Source of the DNA: Basidiobolus meristosporus CBS 931.73
Lineage: Eukaryota; Fungi; Basidiobolomycota
DNA: 64,000 nucleotides
Direction: 5' to 3'
NCBI GenBank assembly: GCA_002104905.1
Contig: MCFE01000190.1
Location: forward strand, 73,089 to 137,088
The notes below the pieces were generated by a model that was not told the DNA's origin, made no database searches, and saw nothing but the letters and a program-made list of their open reading frames with translations. Position numbers and translations under genes: made by a program. Numbering within the stretch: the stretch's first letter is position 1; every line of letters begins with the position of its first letter. Of the stretch, positions 9,901-21,117 are shown piece by piece.

Positions 9901-10611
9901 GTGGACATTTCTAATGTTGAAAGGGAGATGGATGAAGAGCTCGAGAAAACCGAGTTGGAGCGCAAAGAACGCAGAGAAAAGCATCTCAAGGCAGTTGGTC
10001 TCATTGAGGATCTGATCCAAGGTACACTCTTCAAGCATACCGCCGATACTATCGCCAAGCCTGACTTCGCCATGTATTCCGCTGGTGCGCGTGTCATTAC
10101 CAAGTTAACTTCTCCCAGCTATCTGCCTCAGACTGGATCCTTCCTTGGCAAACTCGCCCAGGTGTTTGGAATCAATACACGTAAGAATGGGAACCCACCA
10201 GCAATAGCCATGGATCCTGATACCCATCTCGGTAGATGCTGGGCTTTCCCGGGATCCCAGGGACAGCTTACCATTCAGCTCTCACGCACCATCAATGCTA
10301 CTGATTTCACCATAGAGCATGTCGATCAACAGGTTGCAATTGATCTCCGTAGTGCACCTAAAAATATCGAAGTTTACGGATTCATCCATGAACCAACTGA
10401 TAGTGTGGAAGATGATCTGGAGGAATATAACAGATTCCTGCTTGGTCGATTTGAGTTTGATCCTAAGGAACATCCAATTCAAACATTCTCCGCGATCTCT
10501 GAGCGTCAAGTCAAATACGTCCAGCTGCGTGTTCTTAGCAACCATGGTCATCCTGATTTCACCTGCATCTACAGATTTAGAGTTCATGGAAAGTTGAACG
10601 AAGAGGATTAG
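6907..10611 (+). CDS. SUN-domain (Sad1/UNC-84) inner nuclear membrane protein, 1234 aa, single exon
   Basis: C-terminal SUN motifs PDFAMYSAGARVI, GRCWAFPGSQGQLTIQLS, SAPK and SNHGHPDFTCIYRFRVHG. Hydrophobic segments at ~7770-8040, coiled-coil region ~9100-9520 and a disordered Ser/Arg-rich N-terminus. Confidence 0.93.
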   Translation: MNTSRLDRSDISFEEGQSSRITRSMSRAFRENEKKNGEVNISTAFKLQNSNDSLRERFPGYTNTGAMARTTVTSKKHTRETFISRHTQVNRLKYKPMVEESSSEDEEIVESTFSTFSSGVSGSPLRKSPIIHKTPKKTPGIGQRLVSSIVTHTPQWIRGSFSTSQPTRTIYRDSPHTNREEAADDEINDDASNTLYMMAGRYHLESGDKAAVNLVKNSDGEVEYGSESSDDSDKEVDAKSWQPGVASFGQHKSVPKPKSNIPVDLGDDMDYDSKHHTEIQLGPGIGDTIFTYVSYLGQFLSKLFVWLQAGSRVCYSISRDFLTSFDWSYPLRLALSGLVIAINAAVSAHRVLHRKLGSFAPLFYTILLLGLLWSGIGEQKRDKIYQQVGNTRDQLVDKAYNRAHIAKEELYSHANIAREEIYNQANIAKKGIYNRAHSALNKLDEAKEKIYSQARDVQDQVASKAYDARNRIVNKAQDTWEKGYQIIDRVKAKIPQPTDISRPSFEFNHPEEEADQIVEDDKSTDAVVSPEVAEPYVDSHKPDPKSPSVEEVEAKKIGVPRVNWSVFSPSSFSWPAFSWPKVDFTTFQLPSISMPSLPLPELPEFPSIDIQKIIPIEWFKALVSKVYPPSFEIPKVKFPEFHWPTFDLPQFNWPNFQLGSFELPTIEFPKLTIKRPSFPKINLPNLALPKLPELNLSTWTLANLMPEFSWPDFSWLNPFSSKPSQDLQTPTPITVEQFRNRLVGLEYSIRKLAIVAEVLIEESESLSKHESLTSQTRAKFLQDFNRIRRDLKQELSVLSGQDEVVQKLADTINSRQEELSAIERQVKGIVSEVDLISKHVDEVDQNIVDVNQQLDGVNEKISHASDWSRLEKYVIDTLDRVLPTHLVVQRREDGSIYMSPELYKQLTNLLILKEKIDTSVDDEIENQKKHIPKHDFKSRWENYFKENEDLLSRLVQQDLQEEVKYHIEQGAILHKNDFISILEPHLEQLREDLIAHVDVDISNVEREMDEELEKTELERKERREKHLKAVGLIEDLIQGTLFKHTADTIAKPDFAMYSAGARVITKLTSPSYLPQTGSFLGKLAQVFGINTRKNGNPPAIAMDPDTHLGRCWAFPGSQGQLTIQLSRTINATDFTIEHVDQQVAIDLRSAPKNIEVYGFIHEPTDSVEDDLEEYNRFLLGRFEFDPKEHPIQTFSAISERQVKYVQLRVLSNHGHPDFTCIYRFRVHGKLNEED
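8104..8235 (+). repeat. Four 33-bp (11-aa) coding tandem repeats inside the SUN gene
   Basis: YNRAHIAKEEL / YSHANIAREEI / YNQANIAKKGI / YNRAHSALNKL. The 33-bp periodicity is visible in the DNA. Confidence 0.85.
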
Positions 10612-11005
10612 TCCGTAGTTTCGTTCTATGACTGATCATTCGCAACTTTAACACATCCGCTGTAATATGCTGGCTTTGAAACCATGTCTCCTAATTCGAG
10701 TTAGATTTACCTCACCATCCCCATCAAATACTCGATCTCTTCGCCCTTCGATCTTTCAGTCCAAAATATTTTTTGCAAAATCCTTTCTTTAGTTCGTATA
10801 CATTTTTCAAGCCTATTTTTTCTACATAAATGGTATAGGTGATACTTGAGCAAGCGATACTTTGTGGTGTGGTTGGATGATATATGATATGATTGCAGCA
10901 TGAAATCGGATGTCGAAATCTATTGAATCATGTTCCTGAATTGATGGACCATACAGGAACAGGTTTGAGCCACTCCAGCAATTGGCTAGGTGGTTTCGGT
11001 GGTAT

Positions 11006-11779
11006 TTAAACAAGATCCTGTGTGCTTGAGGCCAGATTGGAGTTGATGGCCATTTCGTTCGCTTGAGGTAGCCGATCAGCCCGATTGGCTTTTGCATACT
11101 CGTCAGCGGCCCATAGAGCAGCGCCAATGGTATTGGTGAATATAAATATGAAGTTTAAGAGAGGGGTCATTTCCAAAGCGAAGGCGACTACTCCAAACCG
11201 ATAGAATTGTTGTTTGTATCGAAATGCATATTGCTTGCTCTGAGTGAATGTCATTCCCTTGAGATCTAGGTGATAATGCATCTGGCGACTCCAAGCCAAC
11301 GCAAATCCGTTGAGACAACAAAAAATGTATGTACCAATCACTGGTATCAAATTCACAGGAATACTCAAGATGAGAAGTAGAACCTGCGCGAAAATATGTC
11401 CTACGCCAGCCCGAAAGCTACGCTGAAGAGCCCCACTGTGCTCCTTCTCTAACACTTGCTTATGCCCTCTGAGTATTAGTACGTGATCGAATAAGCTGTC
11501 TTGGAAAATAGGCATACTAACAAGGCTGAATAAAAACACAAATACAGAGCTTTCCAAACAGTATAGGAAGATGCCAACTGCCCATGCTAGCCATATTGGA
11601 CAACCCACTTGTATTAAGCTATCTACTTGTGGGGGTAGAAAAAAACCAAAGCCTAACAAGGAACATAAAACCACCAACAGAGTCACCGTTAAGGCGTAGA
11701 TACATTTCAGCCATAGCAGTGGGTTCAGTAAAAAGTAGAAGATACCTTGAACTGGGTAACCATATTTTGGACGGGTCAT
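11006..11779 (-). CDS. EI24-family (Rrt8/Lds-like) multi-pass membrane protein, 257 aa
   Basis: N-terminal YPVQGIFYF, FDHVLILRG, several TM helices, Y-DLKG, FGVVAFALEMTPLLNFIFIFTNTIGAALWAAD. Convergent with the SUN gene. Confidence 0.8.
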   Translation of the reverse strand: MTRPKYGYPVQGIFYFLLNPLLWLKCIYALTVTLLVVLCSLLGFGFFLPPQVDSLIQVGCPIWLAWAVGIFLYCLESSVFVFLFSLVSMPIFQDSLFDHVLILRGHKQVLEKEHSGALQRSFRAGVGHIFAQVLLLILSIPVNLIPVIGTYIFCCLNGFALAWSRQMHYHLDLKGMTFTQSKQYAFRYKQQFYRFGVVAFALEMTPLLNFIFIFTNTIGAALWAADEYAKANRADRLPQANEMAINSNLASSTQDLV

Positions 11780-13516
11780 CGTTAACTAAGAGAGGGTATT
11801 CGATATAAGGTGTAAGCTCCTCATAAAAGTGATTGACAACATATTAGTTTGCCCACGCCGCCCTGTAGCCGCACAAACGGAAGCAGCATACACGCGGTTG
11901 TTTCATCGTGGATGGCTAGTAGACACAAAGATACGCTGTTTGGACTGGCAAAGCAGCAACATAGGGTACGAAGTAGCCAATCGCTACATACATGCTAGTG
12001 ATTCTCCAGACCTTACTGCAGCTGGCGCTTGGAGCGCAGGAAAATCTATATGTAGATCAATCATGAGTACTTGAGGTATGTATGATCATATGCATCAAAT
12101 TGAAAGGTGTCATTCCCGGGTTATAGAAATCCAGCATACCTGAGAATATACAGTGTTTGCAAGAATAGGTTCCTGGTTGTAAGCGCAATACGATGGATTT
12201 GAGTTTATTGTTTCTGAACAACATACGATTCTTCTACCTCTCCAATATCGCCCATATGCTAAATTGATTCAATCACTGAGGATAATCCACACAATCGTGC
12301 TGCAACTCTGTTTAAGCTACCGTGGTTGAGACACTCAAACCCGTGGCGAAATGAAACAGGTATTCGTTCCCCCAAACAAAGCAATTGCGCTTAAACTTTT
12401 CACCTAGATGATTCAACAATTTACTGATGGTAAAATTCCCTTTTTCTTTGATTCATGCGAGTTGGTTGTACCATGTATCGATTCCCCTTATTGTATTATT
12501 TCTGCCGATGGCCCCTATAAATTTCATTGCTGTATCTCGTTCTTGTATTCAATTCAATCGATAGAAACAGTCCCGAGAATGGTATTGCAATAGTCCACTA
12601 TTCTATTCATAATATGTAATATCGAGAACGCTTTGATGTGATGTACCAGGTGGCATTTGATTTATTCCACACCGGATGCACCAGTGGAAGATCATACTTG
12701 GTTGTTTCTGGAATATGATTTTCTTCGTTGGGATAGTAAGTTGAAGCATTCTTGCTAGGCAACGAGTTGCCATTGGTCTTCATGAACCATCCCTTGAAAG
12801 CTAAAGAACCTGGTTGCCTTCAACTTGAGCGTTTGAAGTCTGCATTTATTGATTCTTGATGCGGAGGTATGCCAAAGGTACGAGCGTTCGTCTCTTCATG
12901 AAATTTGTTTATTTGCGAATTGCCACACTCTCTATACACTATCCCATAACCCAGCTTGGTCATCCAAATATATTTCAACTTTCTATACCAGGAGATGTAT
13001 ATATCTATTATATAGATTCATTAGTAGCACGATGAAAGTTGAATTTGGAAATGATTCGAAATATGACGAAGAAACCTCTACCCTATAAGCACATGGTAAG
13101 ACAAGTGTTTACCGCTCACCCAACCCAATTTCGTCATGTAAAATGATAGGTTGACTCTGCTCCAGATACTGGTTTCTCCAACCGTAGACAAGTTATGTGT
13201 TAAATAGGCTCTTAACTTCGTCTGGAGCAGTGAATCACATTTACTAACTGGCGGAGGGAAAAGATCAGATTAAGCTTGAGAAAATATGTGAGAAAGTGAC
13301 CTTATATGGAAACATTGTTCTCCTGACAAAATTATCGATCTTATTAGAATAGTGGAGATAATATAAAAAGTTTGCCGTTACATTACTTCAGATTAGTAGC
13401 TTTCAAGTGTCATAATTAGCCTAAGCATGGGAACTTTGGACATGGGTGTGTTATCACTATAAAGAGTCTTGTCGGCTGTATACTACTAGTATCTGCTTAA
13501 ACCTAAAGACCCTCTA

Positions 13517-14954
13517 ATGAGTAGCTTTATTAAAAGAAAGTTAGCGCACTATAAAGAAAACCTGACACTCGCTGAAATAAGTGGAAGCCTGGGGGACTTG
13601 GGTACGCTCGTACCATTGATGGTATCTTTGTCACTCGCTGGACAAATCTCTTTAACCTCCACCTTGATCTTTGGCGGCCTTTGGAATATAATCACTGGCC
13701 TCAAATTTGGTATTCCGATGTGTGTTCAACCTATGAAAAGTACGTATTTGAAAACACATGTTCATTACTTCTGAATTACTTTTTTAATTTCTCATCATGA
13801 CAGCAATCGGTGCCATTGCGTTAGCAAGTAAAATGACTATGGGTGAGATCATGGGGGCTGGTATGTTCGTCAGCGGGGTCGTTCTGTTTCTTGGTTTGAC
13901 ACGCACGATCCACTTGGTCAACAAATACACACCGAGTGCCGTGGTACGTGGACTCCAAATGGGTACTGGCATTACATTAATGACCAAGGCCGGGTCAGAT
14001 CTCTTGTTTAAAATCGAAACACCCTGGGGTGGAACCAACTGGAAGTGGCACGATAATTACGAGTGGGCGATAGTGTGGTTTTGCGTGGTTTTCTTTCTTT
14101 ACAATCAACGCCGTATTCCCACTGCGATGATCATATTTGTAATTGGATTGATATTTGCCATTATTGTGGTATACACATCAAGCAGCTCTGCGCGATTGCC
14201 TGCACCTGGTTTCTATTACCCAGAGCCTATTGTCCCAACACCAAAGGAGTTTGTCACAGGTATGCTAAACGCTGGATTGGGCCAGCTCCCACTGACAACA
14301 CTGAACTCGGTAATCGCACTGGTGGCATTAATCAAGGAGCTGTTTCCTGAGAACAAGACAACTACTGTTTCAGTTGCTACATGTGTAGGATTGATGAATC
14401 TAACAGGGTGTTTCTTTGGAAGTATGCCATTCTGTCACGGTTCTGGGGGTTTGGCAGGGCAATATCGCTTTGGTGCACGTAGCGAGGTGAGCATTATATT
14501 CCTTGGAGTATGTAAAATGCTTATTGGATTCATACTCGGTGGCTCATTCCTTGGGCTGCTCCAATACTTTCCCAAATCATTCCTTGGCGTAATGCTCTTT
14601 GTAAGTGGATTAGAGTTGGCTATGGCAGCCCGAAACTTCAGTAGACCTACCGATTCTGAAGCAACTAGGAACCGCAATTTCCTGATCGTTCTGGTAACCG
14701 GTGGAATGCTGATGACTTTTAAGAACGATGGAGTTGGCTTTGTCTCTGGAATTGTTGCATACATCTGCTTGTGGCTAGATGCACGTAGACGTGGTATTGT
14801 ATTTGAGCATTCTGGATCTACCGTTGTTAGCAAGAACCTGCAGGTTAGCAAACCCAACGACTCCTGCGTCGTGAACTTACCAACTGGCGAGCACCCCAAT
14901 CTGGATAAAGACGTCTCAGCTCACGAAGACCAGCACCAAATCCTCAAACAATGA
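13517..14954 (+). CDS. Molybdate transporter, MOT1 family, 457 aa. Exons 13517-13739 and 13804-14954
   Basis: Family motifs EISGSLGDLGT, PMCVQPMK and MPFCHGSGGLAGQYRFGAR. The intron gtacgt...gacag (64 bp) restores the frame. Confidence 0.92.
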
Positions 14955-16012
14955 GTTTTTTCCTTCGAGTCCGTGCATTCTTCATGAATCATATCACCTG
15001 TGTAAAGCTTAGAACCATTAAATAACCCGAATATTTTGAACTCTCATCTGCTACCAGAGTGTGTCCGTCTTACAAGTGCGTTCGAATATCGATTGCAAAA
15101 GTTAGGTGCATGGGCATAGTTTCAGCAACTACATGGTGAAAATAAACAATAGGATTTCCTAACCAAGTACGTGCAACAGAAAATCAGAGGAAATCTCCGT
15201 TATTGTCCCTTCACAGATACGCGAAATTCCTAATGCAATATGGTTGAGAAGTCATTATCTGACCATGGAGATCTCTGTCTACGATCTGTTTGCCAGGCGC
15301 TCTTTCACATCCGAGACAATATAAATCCGATCAAATATAATAAGGGACTGCTAAGCTATGCATATTATCCAGGGAGATTACCAAGTCGGCACCTGAAGCC
15401 CTCTTCCTCAATAACACGTTGAAAGTATGGCAAGTGGATTCTATGGGTAGCACGTTGTGCCGCCGTTTTGTAGTTGGTGTAGGCCGTATGCATCTAGGCC
15501 ACAAGACCAGAAAACCATAGCCATCCGAGTACCTGAAATAGCGATCCTGAATGACAGCGCAGTAATGATGCAAATTTCAGTAAGCATTTAATGTCCTTGA
15601 GATCAACAATACTCCATTTCTTTTGTCATGATGCAGAATACTACATGATCGACGTTCTATTCCGCCCCCCGTAGATCATAATTGAGGTTACAAGGAAGTT
15701 GGAAGGTATGTGTGCACGCGCTTCTGACAATCTCTGCAATGCAAAGGACCTCACTTGAGCATTCGAATCGCAACGATATCTGCTGATGGATTCTCCTTAT
15801 AAATATAGACTCCGTGGATCGGTGGATCCCCCAAAGCCTTTTCCTACTTTGCTTGCTTCTCATCCTAGCGAAATTTTGAGTCCTGCTTTTTCCAAACCAT
15901 AATACATTGAATACCGTTGAGTAGCTCGAATACCCCTACCCATTACAAGAATCTACCGCAATTCACTGAATTGCTCTGCCATCACGTTAACCAACTTCGC
16001 CATCTTGTTGGA

Positions 16013-17366
16013 ATGTTATCACAAGTTTTGAAGGTCGCATTGATATTAGCGTTGATAAGTCTTACTACTAGTCAACAAAGCTCGATAGCCCCTGCTTTAG
16101 ATCCAAAATGGGCTCAAGTATTGGAAAACGTCACACTTCCAAACATTCTAAGAAAAAAAGTCGGCGAAGGAACATGCCCCGACTCAAAATGTCTTCCAGG
16201 GGAGTGTAGCACCTGCTGGGAAACATGTGGTAGCTGTCCAAGCGAAAAAGAAATCTATGGGTGTAAAAATCCCAAGCATTGGTCTCTAACGTTTGACGAT
16301 GGTCCAACGTAAGTGAATGCATAAAGTAGATGTCCACCATACTCGTTTATGTACCCACAACAACAACAACAATCTCCAGCATCATTAGAAAATCTTCTCA
16401 CTCATATATTTTTAGCGCGCTCACTATGGACCTACTCCTTGCCTTAGATCAACTTAACATCAAGGCTACATTTTTTGTACTTGGGAAAAATATCCAACAA
16501 TCCCCGCATTTATTGAAAAGCATTCATGAACATGGTCACGAAGTGGGAAGTCACACTTGGTCGCATTCTCATCTTATGGTAAGTCACTAATTGTTGGCTA
16601 TATTTAATACAATGTCATTGCTAATACCATACTGTGTATAACGTCAGTCATTATCGAATGAAGAAATTGTAGCCGAAGTAAAAGCTACTGAGGAAGAGAT
16701 CTACAAAGTTATCAATGTTAAACCAAGATATATTCGAGCACCGTAAGTAATCATCAGTTGGATATATATACAAGTGATGTGCTCAATTCCTTGGTTTGTA
16801 GTTATGGGGAGATTGACGACAGAGTCCGCAGTATTCTCACAGCCCTGGGTTACGAAATCGTTTTTTGGAATCTAGACACCCAGGATTGGGAGTTGGGAAG
16901 AAAAGATTACGCTCAAGATGAGAAGATTCTCTTGGAAAGATTTCAGTCCCAACAATACAATTCAACGGGTTCAAACGGGTTCATATCACTGCAACACGAA
17001 TTCCTCGCCATCACCAGTAAAAGTTTGCCCAGAGTTCAAGAGACCCTGAGAAATGGGAACTTTGACGTGGTGAGTCTGGACGAATGCCTGGGAAAAACGA
17101 CCCTTGATACCCCCGTTAAACCTCAATCCGAAAACCCAACCGAGCAGGACGAAAGTCTAGTCGAGGAAGAGGACTCGGACAACGACTCCACAGAGAGCTT
17201 AGATTCCAACAATTCGGACGAGTTCGAAATCACGAAGATCCCTACCTTTGTTGATGACCTCTCAGAGCGGCAATATCGTGTTGGCAGTCATGGTACGACC
17301 ACTACACCCAACTCGGTTATTAGTGGAGTAACGTTTGGCGTGTTATTTTGGATATCATTAAATTAA
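16013..17366 (+). CDS. CE4 polysaccharide (chitin) deacetylase 1, secreted/GPI-type, 372 aa. Exons 16013-16308, 16416-16578, 16648-16742, 16802-17366
   Basis: Signal peptide, Cys-rich N-domain and NodB motifs TFDDGP, HTWSH, RAPYG, DTQDW and LQHE. Acidic Ser/Thr linker and hydrophobic C-terminus. Three GT-AG introns give a continuous frame. Confidence 0.92.
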
Positions 17367-17813
17367 ATCGAAGTACCACTGTGTCCTTTTTTATTAAAGC
17401 ATGAAAGAAATAACATCAAGATAGGGAGGCATTGTGTACTTGCTGAAATCTTTACCAACTAAACGTGTGGCTTGAGGATGAAATCCGACAAGTAGCCTAT
17501 GCCATTCTGAGTAAATTGATTGATGCCCTTTTTCCTGGCTTAGGCCCTATTGATCAAGCGCGATACTGTGCATATCACTGTTTAATTAAAGCCTCATCGA
17601 TATATCCTCATTACAGGGCGTATTACAGATTGCTAGTCATCGAAGTGGCCAACTACAATGTATCTTTGATGGGACAAGTATGGAAATGGTGCAAGGCATA
17701 TAATATTAATTAACTGGAAGGACAAATGGTGTGGTGCTCATTGAATATTCTTAATGTGTTACAAGTGATCCTGTTACAAACGACTTCTAAACTTGGTGCG
17801 AATTGCCTCCGGG

Positions 17814-18872
17814 TTAATTACTCTCCTCCTCTGGTGACCCATAACCATAAGGATTCCCGCTTTGCCAACGCCAAAGGTCGGCGCACATTTGTTCTAAGTC
17901 ACGAGTTGCTTTCCATTTTAATTCTTGATTGGCCAATTGGGGCAAGGCAGTCAGATTAGTGACATCACCAGCTCTGCGCTCAACGATTTCATACGGAAGC
18001 TTGCGTCCAACAGCTGTTGAAAATGCCTGGATCATCTCTAGCACGGTGGATCCGACACCGGTGCCCAGATTGTAGGCAATACAACCCGGATCCTGCTTAA
18101 GCTTCTCGAGTGCTGCTAAATGTCCAAGAGCCAAGTCAACTACATGGATATAGTCACGAATGCCGGTACCATCCTTAGTAGGGTAGTCACCTCCGAACAC
18201 ACGAAGATATGGGAGTCTTCCAACTGCGACTTGAGCAATGTAGGGCATAAGGTTGTTAGGAATACCACGTGGGTCCTCCCCGATCAACCCGCTTTCATGG
18301 GCACCGACTGGGTTGAAGTAGCGCAAAAGGGTAGCGTTCCATCCCTTTTCGGATGCGCAAACATCACGAATAATCTCTTCAATAAACAGCTTGGTGCGAG
18401 CGTATGGATTGGTACAACTTGTTGGGCAGGTCTCGGGGATGGGAATGATAGGCGGGTCACCGTAGACTGTGGCCGACGAGCTGAATACGATGTTACGGAC
18501 GTTGTGATTTTTCATGACATCTAATAATACCAAAGTTCCAGAAATATTGTTTTGGTAGTAACGAAGTGGAATCTCGGAGGATTCACCGACGGCCTTCAAC
18601 CCAGCAAAATGGATAACAGCCCAAATATCAGGGAACTCGTTGAAAACCGCATCTAAAGCAGCCTCATCCCCAATATCCACCTTGCGGAACTCGAGATCTT
18701 TGCCGCTCAGTTTTCTGATTCTTCTGATGGCTTCCTCAGAAGAGTTGGAAAGGTTGTCGACAACAACTACTTGGAAACCAGCATTAAGGAGCTCCAAGCA
18801 AGTATGACTTCCGATGTATCCTGCACCACCGGTTACCAAAACATAGTCTTTGCGAGTATCGTTGGCAAGCAT
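17814..18872 (-). CDS. galE: UDP-glucose 4-epimerase, stand-alone (no mutarotase fusion), 352 aa, single exon
   Basis: Motifs VTGGAGYIGSH, FAGLKAVGES, SSSATVYG, YxxxK (YARTK), LRYFNP, PNNL, DGTGIRDYIHV and RRAGD. Confidence 0.97.
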   Translation of the reverse strand: MLANDTRKDYVLVTGGAGYIGSHTCLELLNAGFQVVVVDNLSNSSEEAIRRIRKLSGKDLEFRKVDIGDEAALDAVFNEFPDIWAVIHFAGLKAVGESSEIPLRYYQNNISGTLVLLDVMKNHNVRNIVFSSSATVYGDPPIIPIPETCPTSCTNPYARTKLFIEEIIRDVCASEKGWNATLLRYFNPVGAHESGLIGEDPRGIPNNLMPYIAQVAVGRLPYLRVFGGDYPTKDGTGIRDYIHVVDLALGHLAALEKLKQDPGCIAYNLGTGVGSTVLEMIQAFSTAVGRKLPYEIVERRAGDVTNLTALPQLANQELKWKATRDLEQMCADLWRWQSGNPYGYGSPEEESN

Positions 18873-21117
18873 AGCAAAGAAGTGAATAGACGGATTAGGA
18901 GTAGTGTGTACAAGGGGAGGCGAACGGAGTCTACTTCGTTTAAGTGAGAGGAAATTGGTTCAAAAAATTTGTGATCAATGGGGGGTAATTTATTCAATTT
19001 ATGAAACCATTGATGACAATGTCACCGAATCCGCAGGACCGACGCCAGTGGTATAACTTGATATCGCCCTTGGAGTAGCTTAAAAATAAATCACTAGTGT
19101 TACTGAGATATCAATAAACCAAGGGTTGAGTAACCAAGATGCACTCTAGATACTGCTATCAGCAACATCAATACAGCAGCCCTATTACTAAAATAAATGC
19201 CAGCGAAGCCCAACTGCAAGTTCAACGCCAGAGTGTAAAGCCCAACACAATTATACATGTAAGTCCTTAAACTTTTGTATTACGCTGCTAAGCACATTCC
19301 TTCCAACTTGGATAATATTATCCCATATATATCATATATATATATGAAATAATTCCCAATAGCGAATCAACTTTGTGTGCATCTATTCATATACCTATCA
19401 GTATGGTTGGAAGGGTCTAAAAATAGAGATGACTTGGTGATGATGCAAACGAGGCTTGCCATTTGTCCACCTAGATAAAGCATATGAGTATTTCACACCT
19501 AATAATATTCGCCCTGGCAGAGTGGATCGGCGAATTCCGCATTCGGGATTACACTGCAATTAGTATTACGGCTAAAAGGATGCATATATGCCCAGGATGG
19601 AGGTATGGCATTAATATTTACGGTGCGCACTCTGGAAGACTCATAGGCTTTACCATAATTACTTGACCGAAACCTCTACCTACCACATGCCAAGGAAGAG
19701 GCCAGGGCCTTCTCTGGGGTAATACAAGAATATCCTATTGGGAATGCAATATGCCAGGTATCACTATTACTATCAGACTACAGCGCTTTCAAGTAGAACT
19801 AAGTACACCATTAAAGAACTCATTGGCCGTGTTGTGGATTACATTCCACAATTACATAGCTCTATACACAAAATACCACAAACTTTGAAACGCCCAGCTG
19901 ACGGAGTTTGGCGAGTTAGCTTTGGTCTAGTTTTGTTTCTATGTTCGTGGTAAATGGATCAGGATTAGCGCCACAACGTGAGAGAGTGTCTTTAGAAACT
20001 ATATGCATAAATCACCATTGAATCAATCCACAACGAAACCAAGAAGCCAATATATGCGATAATGAGAAGTAGCTTGTGGACTCCCCATTAAGCAGTCACC
20101 TGATCAGACATGTGTTATTTCATCACCTCGAAAGCTCATATGGCTATTGCGGGGTTTCCTAATCTGATCTTACTCGAATCTCGTAATTATATACATTAAA
20201 TTCGGTTTCGAATGAATCAACTGGAATTCACGGGAACTCTACAAGGGGGTATGGCATCTATTTCATAATAGGGGTATAGACAAAGGGGAGGGGGAGCATT
20301 CTGGTGCACTCTCCGAAAATAGTGGATTCCCCTGCTGTCGAAAACACCCGAGATGGTCTAAAGGCGCTTTCGAAGGCCATTGTATTCAAGCACTCTATTT
20401 GTTGTGGGAATTTAGTGATATACGGGTTGAAAATGATGAGTCCACTGGTGTATTGGGAATTCACAGAGATTAATGTGAACACTAATCGGAGAATCATCTG
20501 ATTACCGTTGGCCAAACCAATCCCGGTGAATCAATATCAGAGTGTTGAGGGTGCAATGGGTTCAGTGGTTTCTGCATTTCATAGAAGCGATCAACTCATA
20601 CGGATATGATCAGCACGTAATATTTCACCCGGCGGCCGAATATTTCCAGTGAGGGAAATCTGATTCAAGACCCGCCGAAATCATGGGAATGGGCGTAATC
20701 AGGGAAGCCATCAAGGATTGTCTATTTTTTTGTGACTTGAAGTTTGAGGAGTATGGATGAATCCATGGTTGGAGGAGGACGTATGTATAGAGGGGCCAGC
20801 AAAATGTCACAATACGAGGTGCATCATAGATATACTAAGAAGGAAAAGCCATTGATACATAAGTCAGATTTGTAAAGCAGTGGTTAAATGTCTATGTAAA
20901 GATAGGGGAGGGCCCAGGGTATACTATTCATTGGATGGGTCATTTACCCCCAGTTGACGAGTCAAAGCAGAGAATGGAGAGAAGATAACCCCTATATTCA
21001 GCGTCGGGAGGAGCGATGGTGTCCATGATTTGGAGTATTCGTGGTGCACCAAAATCCCCTAGACCATGTCTATTGCTATTTATCACTACCACATCGAACA
21101 CAAAATCATGGCTTTCC

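Noticed and set aside
19321-19350. (AT)n tracts here and at ~2877, ~6858, ~35549 and ~39106 as 6mA-cluster marks
   Set aside because: They are indistinguishable from TATA boxes or microsatellites by sequence alone. Testing needs SMRT or nanopore methylation data.
20258-21030. Extra gene downstream of the 7TM-RGS built from the three minus-strand ORFs
   Set aside because: The available GT-AG combinations I tried introduce stops, and no recognisable motif is present.
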